From: Tricharina praecox
Taxonomy: Eukaryota
DNA length: 64,000 nt
Assembly: GCF_024521635.1 (NCBI RefSeq)
Contig: NW_026250409.1
Span: 992,001 to 1,056,000 of the forward strand
Direction: 5' to 3'
Position numbers and translations under genes: made by a program. This document shows positions 12,846-23,368 of this stretch, piece after piece. The notes beneath the pieces were generated by a model, which saw only the letters and a program-made list of their open reading frames with translations, ran no database searches and was not told where the DNA came from. Numbering within the stretch: the stretch's first letter is position 1; each line of letters begins with the position of its first letter.

Positions 12846-14688
12846 CTACTCCCCGGACACGGGCCTGAGACAAAGCTCCCTCCCATTCATTACCTGCCAA
12901 GCACACAGTCCCCTCTGCAGTCCCATCCCAACCAAGCTCGCTATCGTCACAGAAGCCACGTCTGGCGGCGCCACCGCACTCAGCAAAAACTCACGGAGCG
13001 CCATGTCCTCAGTAGCACTCCTCTCCCGCAGTGTTGGGGCAATGTCATCTAGGAGTCTAATCCCCTCTTCCCCTTGCGTCACTGCCACCCCCGCCCGAAC
13101 CCGTGCAGCGTCAAGTGCTTTGTACACTGCGGGTGGAAGGGGGAGTTTCATTACTTTCCAGTAGGTGTTGCAAAAGACTATACCAGCGGAAGCACCGCCG
13201 AGGAAAGTGAGGAGGAGGACGCCGGCAGGGCCGTAGAGGGTGGTGGTTAGGGATGAGGTCATGGAGACGCTGTTGGCGCCCTGGATGGCCAGGACGAGGC
13301 CTTCAACGACTGTTAGAGTCCAATAGCATGCCGTGGAGCGGGTCTTTCCGCCTGGCAGGGGGGAAAATATGATGGAGCAGCGGCCGATGAGGTTGGCAGC
13401 TTGGTTTACTGTCAACTGGAGTGGAGAGGGTCAGGAAGAGATAGACTTTGCAAGAGGGAGGGACAAACATAGAAGGGATAGAATTCCCGACTCTCGGTGA
13501 AGATTCGGTTGAAGAATTTGGCAAAACGAAACGAATGGAGGTCGAGCGGAAGGTAGTAGAGTAAGGTTGGAAATATGCCCTTTCAGGTCAGTCCAAGCTC
13601 GGAGCCGTCAGCACAGACAAATTGAAACGAACCTGGGTAGTGCAATGCTCCAGGAAGAATATCGTGGCGAGAGGAAGCATGTACGGAACAAACATCGGCC
13701 TGATGATCCTAAGTTTGTCTTTCCATGGCAACTGGACAATCCCCTCCTTCTCCTGATCCTTGATGTTCGGAAGCATCACGTCGTCCTCCGGATCCGGAAG
13801 AATAAACGCATAACACAGCCCACCGAGGACGGGTGCAACACCAACAATCGACAGTGCCCAACCATAGTTCCATTGCATCCATGAAGTCACGAACGTATAA
13901 TAAGATGCGCCGATTACCGCTGCGGTGCCACTCCCAGTGGTATAGCCGAAGAAAGCCCACTTGGACGCCTTCGGATATCGAGCACAGAGCATCTGGAATG
14001 ACCTGAGTCCGCGTTATCTCTCCCTACCCGCCTGGAGTGGGGAGCGAAGGGGTGGGCGTAACCCACATGTCACCAAGATTCGAACTCAAGGCTGCCAACA
14101 TAATGCCAAGAACCCTGGTGGGGATATTCGAGAATATTGATAGCAACTGTAACCCAAGGAACGAGGAAACCGCGCATACGAGGAGCCGCAACGGGTAGTT
14201 TACCTCCCTCGACAGCGATATGGTGGCCGAAAATTCTCGAGACGCGAAGTCGGAGGGGTCTCGACCTATAAGACGGGAGATGAACCGAATATTATCGAAA
14301 TCTCGAAAACTCGAGAGAGGAACTATAACCCGTGTGAGAATCGATGGAACGCTGTAAGCGAAGAGCACCAGGCCCATCGGGGCTCTGCCTCCCACAAGGC
14401 TTCAACCGGGTAAGTTAGCGTTTTTTTTGCAGTGGGGATTCGGGAGCAAGCCGCGAAGTCGTTTGGGGTGGGATATTAAGCAAAACCTACTCGTTCGCGG
14501 CTGTAATGATAGTGCTTCCAGTTGGGACACATCGAGTCAGTAAATAAAGTAGAATAACTTCCTAGGATTGAGGCGGCGACCCGTTCGAACGTAGTCATTC
14601 CCTCCAGAACCCACCTGTACTGCATGGTGATCAGGGTTTCCATCAAATAGATGCTGAGCAACAGCCTGAACTTGGTGGTGGTTCGCAT
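12846..14688 (-). CDS. Divergent CLN3/battenin (Btn1)-family multi-pass membrane protein
   Basis: Multi-exon hydrophobic ORFs with LAALSSNLGDM, GYTTGSGTAAVIGA, FVPYMLPLATIFFLEHCTTQ, LLLTFLGGASAG and REFLLSAV, resembling CLN3-family segments. Exon limits approximate. Confidence 0.7.
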
Positions 14689-15582
14689 TTTCGACTGCAG
14701 AGCTTTGTTTCCGCGTAGGATACGTGAAACGACTCCAACGAGGCTCCCAATCTTTCAAGAGGTCCGATACCGAGAGGAGCCGGGAGCCGGATGCTATGGT
14801 GTTATGGTGCTATAGTAGTAGAGCAACACTCCACTGTGGTTGGAAGCGTATGATTCGGAAAAATAAGAAGCGGGTGGGACAGAACAGGAGCACCAGGCAG
14901 AGGTGTCGAGTGGTAGCCGTCAAGAAGTTGGTAACGCTGCTGGCCAGGATACTTATGGAAAGACAACGGTGGCAGGCGGGTTCTGTGCTCAAGCTCTGCC
15001 TGAAGCATCGGCTGGCAGCGGTGAAGATGGAGCGGCATGAAACTTAGAAGTGTGGGGGCACAGCCTACGCTGGGCAGAGTCTCGGTGCGTGTAAGAGACC
15101 AAGAGTCGAGAGTCTGAATAGGCCTCTACGATGAGTGATGTATGTGTGGGATAGTTGCGTGTCAATGCCCCATTCAAGTCTAGCCTATGCCAATCGACAC
15201 GGGTTTTGGTTTGTTTAATCATCATTGAATCTGACCTTAATAGAGCATGGCAGATACTTCAATCGAGTCTCGACACGGAGTACTCTACTAGTTACCAAGT
15301 ATGCCCGCCACAGCGGCACGGCAAGGCACTGAGTGCGAACAGCGAAGATATCCTACGTCGATCGTCCATCAACACGGCAGGGCTGCGAAGTGGCGACGGG
15401 AAGCATGCAGGCGCACTGTCACCCGCTGCCTTGGTTTTCATGGGCCAAACGGCGCTTTTATTGCTGCCAAATTCTATGAAACGCTATTCCCGCATTTGCG
15501 ATCGATTCATCCCTCCGCGAGCCATGCAAAACAAAATGACACAAGACCTGCCTCCATTGCAAACGTTCTCCCAGCTCCGCTG

Positions 15583-16553
15583 CTATGGACAGTCGGTGTT
15601 TTGGGGCACGAGAGCACCGTCGACTCCCAAGTCCATCGAATCCAGCAACTTCATGTCTGACGCATCGAGCTCGAAGGAATACGCCCCCGCATTCTCTCGG
15701 ATGCGTTGAGGATTGTCGCTCTTCGGCAAAGGGATGAACCCGTGTTGCAGACACCAGCGAATGAGTATCTGGCTCGGAGTAGCCGTTGAGTGCCGGGCGG
15801 CGATGCCGAGGATGGTGGGGTTCTTCATGAGAGTGCCGCGGACCAGAGGACAGTATGCTTCCACCTGGATCGCATTCTTCCGGCAGTACTCCACAATCGG
15901 CCGCTGTTGGCACAGAACGTGGCACTGGGATACAACCTTTGGTTATCCTGCTGATCTCTCTTGAACAGGAGAGTGCTCACCTCGATTTGATTCGCAACAG
16001 GCGGGAATGTCGCATAACTCTTCATCTCCTCGAGGTGTTTGACCCCGCTGCAATGCACCATCAGCAACGAGTTGGACGCTCAGCAAATGGTTACACACTA
16101 ATTGCTCACGCCGATAGCCCTCGTGCCACCCTCTTCGAGCAGATTCTCCAGGGCCAGCCACATCTCCCGACGTCCCTCGGGTCCACTGCTGGGAGTATGT
16201 ATCAAGAAGAGATCGACATATCCCAGACCGATCTCGCGAACGCTTCGCCAACATCTCTCGAGTGTCTTCTCCACACTTCCTTCCGGCAGCAGCAGCTTTG
16301 TCGTGATGAACACCTCGCTCCGAAGAATGCCCGACTCGCGCACGGCTTCTCCGACTTCTTTTTCGTTCTCATAGAACTGCGCTGTGTCGATGGCGCGATA
16401 TCCGCAGCGTAGTGCCTCTAAGCACGATTTTTTGCAGATGTCCGGGGGAGATTGGTACACCCCGAATCCAATACGTGGTCGTAGGATTGTCCCCCTGGAG
16501 TGGGGAATCTCGACGGTCGACTGGAGCGTCAAACGCTGCTCTGGGGCGGCCAT
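15583..16553 (-). CDS. Aldo-keto reductase (2,5-DKG-reductase-like), 2 introns
   Basis: IGFGVYQ; GYRAIDTAQFYENE (catalytic D, Y); FITTKL (K); DLFLIHTP (H); RAIGVSN; PVANQIE; QILIRWCLQHGFIPLPKS. Confidence 0.92.
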
Positions 16554-16680
16554 TTGATACTGGTACTGAGGCTTTAGGAGAGGACAAACAGTGGGGCGTT
16601 GGGCATCGAGGGTCTTATGGGGGATGTAGCCATAAGCCAAAAGAAAGGTGATCGGCCCATTCTAGGTTATTTTTCTTTGT

Positions 16681-16698
16681 ATCCGATTCCAATCGGAT
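16681..16698. promoter_or_regulatory. Palindrome ATCCGATT-CC-AATCGGAT in the AKR/NRPS-like bidirectional promoter
   Basis: Perfect 8-bp inverted repeat with a 2-bp spacer. Its regulatory role is inferred. Confidence 0.4.
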
Positions 16699-17016
16699 CG
16701 GCGGACGAGGTTGGGGTGGGGACTTGCTGATATGTCTATCCGGCCGCACATATACAGGATACAGCACTCGATCGGCATACGCTGGGTATCCGTAACCCTG
16801 AAGATAGCGTCCTTCTCTTGTTGCCGAATCACAAGATTGGAGATTTTCTACCCTAATCTTTAGGAAACCTTATGTATTCGCTTTCATAGGCTTCTCTTCC
16901 CCCAGAAGAAAACTTTACGGAAGTTGCTCAAATCTCACAGTGAAGTACTGCAAGCTTTCAGTTTATAATATCGAGATGAACAGGATGTCTGTCTTTGATT
17001 CTATCTTCAATCAAGG

Positions 17017-20000
17017 ATGCAGTCTCAGATCCCGCACTTTTTCGTTGCTACTCTCGGGGATGCCCAGCGTATCAATGCTCGCACTCCTCATGGTATCACT
17101 ACTATCAACGAACTCCTCATTCGCCGAGCTAGAGATACTCCTGATGCAGTGGCCGTAGGGATGGCGATCCCACCCCAAGGCGGGAGCGAAGACGACGGGA
17201 GATGGGGAAGCATAGTTTACAGTCGGTCTCCTTGGATCCCAAGCATATGTGGAAGCAGTTGCTGATGCGGATATACCGTAGCGTATTCGCAACTTTTGAA
17301 AAGCACAACCGCCGCGGCTCACCGGCTCTCTGCCCTATTGCCGCCGGCAAAGAAGATTCCTGGCTCAAATGATGGTCCCACGGTTGCGATCCTGTCGGAG
17401 AGCTCATGGGATATGCTCATGTGCTTCTTTGGGCTGATCAGGATGGGATACACGGTTTTACTGATAGCGTGAGTTCATACCTTCGTATGAGTCCGTCTAC
17501 TGGCGCTGACAATGCAAAGCCCCCAATGTGACGCCCGGGCAATCCAGCACCTGGTCAAAAGCACTTCCTCAAAACTCCTTCTACACTCTCCCCCCCTGGC
17601 CGAGCTCGCATTCTCCGCGGCCCCGTGGTGCAAATACAGTGCCCTTCCCGCATACGAAAACGAAGATGCCCACTTCTCACATGACTGGTGGCCCACCCCA
17701 TCATTCGTCGATTCATCGACCGTGGCATATATTCATCACACTTCCGGAACAACCGGACTGCCCTCTCCAATCCCACAGAAACATGCCACTGCAACAGTCC
17801 ATCTGCCCTGCCTCCCTCCGCGAACAGCTATCTCGATGCTGACAATGACACCGTTGTATCATGCCGGCGTGGCGGACATGATGCGGTCGATGATGTCTTC
17901 TTCCATGATATGGCTGTTTCCTCCCACGGTCCCCATCACTAGTGGGAATATTCTCCGTGCAATCGACACGGCCGATTTGCGGCTTCCTGAATCTCCTGTT
18001 AATCTCTTTACTGCCGTGCCATACATTCAGAAAATGTGTCTGGAAGATCCAGCATGCTTGGCCGCGTTGCAGGAGATGGATATGGTTGGATACGGTGGTG
18101 CACAGCTCCCGGATCATGTTGGAGATGCACTAGTTGAGAACGGTGTGAATCTTGTCAGCAGGTTCGGTAGCACCGAATGCGGATGTATGTATGCCAGCCC
18201 TGTTACGCGTTGCTGTCGATTATGGGGGCTGAAATTGTCAGTCTTGATGAGCTCCTACCGCGATTTCGAAAACGACAAAGAATGGGAATATTTGAGAGTA
18301 TCCGCCGATTCGAAGAATCTCGTATTTGAGCTACGGGAGGATGGTGCTCGAGAGCTCGTCGTGAAACCTGGCTGGCCACATATGGTTCGTTCGCCTCAAC
18401 ACCGCGCCCTTGGCCTCTGTACCTATCTCACTCGTTTCCCAGGCAAAAACAAATCGTCCCGACGGTTCATTCGCGACCTCGGATCTTTTCCGCCCCCATC
18501 GCACCATCCCCCGGTTATATAAGTACCTTACACGCAGCGACTCGACGCTCGTCCTGCTGAACGGCAAAAAGTTCGATCCCACGCAGATCGAAGACGGCCT
18601 TCGGCGACTCGATATCGTCGAGGAGGCAATAGTCTTCGGTCAAAACAAGGAGTCGCCAGGTGTCTTAATCTTTCCCGCCCGCCCACATGTCGATGTGAAC
18701 AGCTTGATGCATAGCCTAGAAGGAATCAACTCGATGGTGCCGGCGTATGCTCGCATTCCGCCGGAGTTGGTGGTCGACATCGAATATGGCAGGGAGTGGC
18801 CGAGGAGTAGCAAAGGCCTTGCGCTGAGGAATCAGGCGGAGGAGGTCTTCCGGAAGGAGATCGAGGATGCGAGGAAGCGGTACGAGGGCGGTGATGTTGG
18901 CGTTGATGTTGGCGATACTAATCAAAATCCCACAAAGTTGGATGTAGGTGAGCTGGAATGGGTCGTGGCGCAGGTTGTAGAGGCAGTTGTGGGCAGAAAA
19001 CTTGGGAACGATGAGGACTTCTTTATGAGTGGAGTGGACTCTATAATGGCCACCAGAATTCGAAGATTGCTCATGAATAAACTTAAAAAGCCGCTCCCTA
19101 CAAATGTGGTCTTTGAACAGCGTACAATCAAGGGGTTTGATATTCTCCGTGTGTCTGATTTGGTTGGTGCTAACTCATTGCAGTCTCGTTTACTTTATAT
19201 CTACCGCCGCAGAAGTCGATATGGAAAAGAAGCATGAGCTACATGTCATGCAAGAGATGCTGAATAAATTCGCTGCGGAACCCAAGCCACCGGTTGTGGT
19301 AAGTTTTTCGCACATCTAAGCGCAGGCCTTATTCTGATAATCAATAGCTCCTGACAGGTGCTACGGGAGCCCTTGGTGCTCACATACTGCATGTCCTCGT
19401 TCAACTCCAGATTCCCAAGATAATCTGTTTGTGCCGCGCCTCCTCCTCGACGGTGGCCAAAGACCGACTCTTTGCCAGCCTCTACCAGCGTAAGATCCCC
19501 ATTGCCTGGTCCCGCGACACCGACGTCCGTGTCAGCAACGCCATCCTCTCAGAGCCTATGCTCGGTCTACAAGAGGACGTTTACACCGAGCTAGCCTCTG
19601 AGGTAACGGTAATCATCCACGCCGCCTGGCCCGTCAACTTCCTCGCGCCTCTCCCCTCCTTCGACTCCGCGCTCGCAGGCACAAAGAACCTCCTGCAGCT
19701 AGCAAATACCGGCGGCACCAAGAAGCGCATGGTATTCTGCTCGTCCACCGCATCCGTAATCCGGGCTCCCGCCCCAATCCGCGAAGAGCCCTCCTACGAT
19801 CCCTCGCACGCCTCGCCGCTCGGCTACAGCCGCTCGAAGTGGGTTGCGGAGGGGCTCGTCAGCCGTGGCGGCGGCGAGGTGGTCCGGCTCGGCCAGCTCT
19901 CGGGCGATACCCAAGCCGGCGTGTGGAACCCGGAGGAGGGATGGCCGCTGCTGCTGAAAACACTCGATCTCGTCCACTGCCTGCCGGAGTTGAGGGAGCA

Positions 20001-20491
20001 GGTGCAGTGGCTGCCAATTGATATTGCCGCCGATGCGGTCGTGAGAATCGCGCTTCGCCAGGGAGTCTACGAGGAGAAGAGGTTCTGGCATGTGCTCAAT
20101 AATAGGCCGTTGCCGTGGAGCACAGTGCTGCGCGCCATGGAGTTCTGGCGTGGTCAGGTTACCAAAGCTACGCCACAGGAGTGGGTAAGAAGGCTGGAGG
20201 TTTCCGAGAAGAACGGGGAAACAGTGAAGCTTTTGGGGTTGTGGAAAGATACGGTAACGCCCGTCCCTACTAATCCATCGAGATCAAGCTTGGAAGACTG
20301 ACTGATGTTGTTCTTCTCAGTATGGAGCGGTAAATGGAGGGAAAGCGGCGGCGGTGGTGAAAGAGCCCGTCTTTGAAGTCAAGAATATGGGCAGCCTGTT
20401 CCCCGGGTTTGTAAATGGCGTCGAGATCGACCAGGAATACATTCATACGGTTTTTAGAGCGCTGGGGATTGAGGGCAGATTGCCAAACTAG
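17017..20491 (+). CDS. NRPS-like A-T-R enzyme (carboxylic acid reductase type), multi-exon
   Basis: A domain YIHHTSGTTGLP, TPLYHAG, SRFGSTECG, FATSDLF, LVLLNGKK; T domain DFFMSGVDSI (Ppant Ser); R domain LLTGATGALG, IIHAAWPVNF, FCSSTAS, GYSRSKW, RLGQLSGD. No C domain. Confidence 0.92.
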
Positions 20492-21317
20492 GTAGAAGGA
20501 GAAGCCGAGTGGTGTTTCATGTATGATACATGGAATATTCTGTTTTCTTTGAGTGGATCTGGAAATGTAGAGTAGAGTAGAGTAAATTTGTAGAATACTC
20601 ATTGCGAATTTGGAATGCTGATGTTCGACTTAGGAGTGACGGAGAGAGGAGATGTCCCATGATGGGTGACTTGCTTGGAAATGTATATCTACGACCATAT
20701 GGAATTTAGCGGCCAATAGGTGGTGGAATGGTGATTGCACACACCCTAAACCCTAGGCCCTGGACACTCCCTGCATGCTGCGTCTTGACGTCGATAGGTA
20801 TCGCTCCCCATGGTTGTAGTACAATACTCTGGAATGTGCGCTGGCCAGTGGCCGATCACCGCAGGTCCGCAGTCCGTGTTTTGATTCGTACCGCCTGCTT
20901 TTCGGTCCACCAATGGATGTTGCGGCCTCGACCCAACATCATGCCCGTCGACCGGGCAGCCACAAACGGGCTAGGAGAGGGCGGCATGCCCCAGGTTTCA
21001 CCCTCGCTTTCGGCAGCCTAAATGTAGGATTGCGGGGGCTATGAGTCGGAGCTGCTGAGGGCGCCTACCACCCATGGGCGCAGCTCTGCGAACGGCGAAG
21101 ACCCCGGTGGTGGTGTAGAAGGGATTATTTAAGACGGCTGCGGCCTGCGGGGCCTTTCTCGCCATTAACTACACCCAGCTGTCTCGTAACCTCGTCGACG
21201 CCAGAAAGCTCTACACAATACCGTATATATCTGCTCTCCGTACTGTGGCTCGTAAGTTCGGATCACTTCCTCGGGCTTAGGCGATTGACAGCTGAAGATG
21301 ATGGTGGTGTCAAGGTC

Positions 21318-21979
21318 ATGAGGCGACCTGTAGCTGCCGTTGAATCCATCCCCGATTTCCAGCCCAGCTCGGAGGTATGTACCTATGTACACAACACCTG
21401 TCCGCATCCACACATTGTCACTTTTCCGCCACTGATCTCTCCAAGAAAGGCGATTTCGAATCCGGCACCAGTACCTACAGCATCGACGAGCCGTGCACCC
21501 GGCTGCAACGGCAGTACATGGCGGTCATCAAGACGATATGCACACTTTTCGACCGATGCTCCGACAAGCTAGGCTCTACCACGGCGTCCCTGGGGAGCGT
21601 AGAGGATTACGAGCTAGCGATCATAAAAGAAGCGGCCGAGGTCAAAGAGCAGTTCACAGAGCTGATCGACGACTTTATACGCATATCGATGGGCACGCAG
21701 AACAGCGCCCCCGACGCTTTCCGTCTGTTGATGGCGCGATTGCGGCATGGAATGTTGAAGGCTGTTACGGCGCTGGTTCAGACGCTGCGTGGGTATTTGG
21801 AGGCGCTGGCGGGCGCGGTTAGGAATCTCGCTGCCACGGTGAGACCGTTGCTCGAGGAGATAAAGGTCAGAGCCAAGTGTGCGGCGGCGAAGGCGCTGGC
21901 TTATGTTACGGGGAGCTCGGAAGGCGGGTCGAGGATCGTTAAGGATATTTTGGCGAAAATGGCGACGCTGTCGACTTGA
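21318..21979 (+). CDS. Hypothetical helical protein, at least 1 intron
   Basis: GT-AG intron at ~21375-21445 joins MRRPVAAVE...SSE to a ~180 aa Ala/Leu-rich amphipathic ORF. No motif recognised; start uncertain. Confidence 0.55.
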
Positions 21980-22555
21980 TGTGAAGGGAGCGCGGGCTTG
22001 TATAGTTGCATTATGTAGGTACTGAGAGGCCCTCAATGGGTACGAGCAAATGTAGAATGTGATTCAGTCGAAACAGGACATTGATTACTCCGAGTGATAT
22101 TCCGCCCCAAAAATTCCCGGCGACAGCGAAGCACATTACTTGTCACGAGTTGTGCAGCAAGTGTAGCCAGTTGGTGGCTATTGCGGTTTTCTCGGCCGTG
22201 CCAAATGGTCGAAATGACGTCCGACGATCGAGGGTAAATCCACACGCCCACGACCAACGGATACCGTACCTACACATCCCTCATCCGGGGCGTATGATTG
22301 TCTTCCGATTCTTCGGAATAAGAAGAGCAGATTTAACGAGGCAACTCCAGTACATAGCCAGATGGAGGCGAAGCGATTCCACTAACCTCTAGGGCCGGAC
22401 TAAAACTAGTGGACCTCGCTACTGATCCGTCTGGTTTCATAGACTCCCTCACCGGTAGACTGTAGCACGGTGGCTTCACCTATACCAGTCAATGGCACAA
22501 TCACATGAAACAAAAACCATATAAAGAGCGCTAATAGCGGAATTGTTTCAACACA

Positions 22556-22628
22556 GCCTCGCTAGCTCAATCGGTAGAGCGTCAGACTCTTAATCTGAAG
22601 GCTGCGGGTTCGACCCCCGCGTGGGGCT
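22556..22628 (+). tRNA. tRNA-Lys(CTT), intronless
   Basis: Acceptor GCCTCGC/GTGGGGC; D-arm TAGCTCAATCGGTAGAGC; anticodon arm TCAGA-CTCTTAA-TCTGA; T-loop GGTTCGACCC. Confidence 0.95.
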
Positions 22629-23368
22629 GTCTATTTTACTGGCGTGGAGTTGGTTGGGTTGGGTTGGGCGAGCAGACGGGAACCGGGTTGGGTAACTTTT
22701 TGCTAAGACCGGCGATGAATCGGGTGAGTCATATCGGGTCACTCTGTAATTTCGGCTGAGGTGTTGGGCTTGGTCACAGATGTCACTCGTTGCGCTTACT
22801 CATGCTATCGTTTTGCATCGCTAACCATTGGGAGTGACAATGGTTACGCAGCCTCCACACTCTCAATAGTTGGCTTCCAGTGTGCCCGCCACACTTTGAA
22901 GCTGCATGCGTTGCCTTCTCGGTACAAATCACGACATTGATCTGACTTATGTACCTATTCGACTTCTGATAGGGGGTTTTGAACCCTTCTTCCACAGCCT
23001 ATCGGAAGATCTGCCTTTTGAAGTCTTGAACAGTCAGAAATTGCTGTGCCACAGTCACAGCTGCAGATTCTGTTTTGGTGGCTGCCATGCTGCAGTGGGT
23101 CCGTGGGCGAGAGTGTTTGGTGTTGGGTGTGGGATAATGGGTCGGACGATTGGGCGAAGCACTTAATGTGGACCATCGTAGACAACAAGAAAAAAAAGTG
23201 GATCATTCTCGCAATTATGGATCGAAAAACGGACTACCTATCCCAGATAAAACCCGTTCAAGTAAAGATACCGAAGAAAACCCCCCCAAAACAAACAAAG
23301 AGACCAAAAAGACCAAAAAGACCGTTACGCAATCGTTATCGACTCGTGGTACCCCCGCAATCAGTCCA

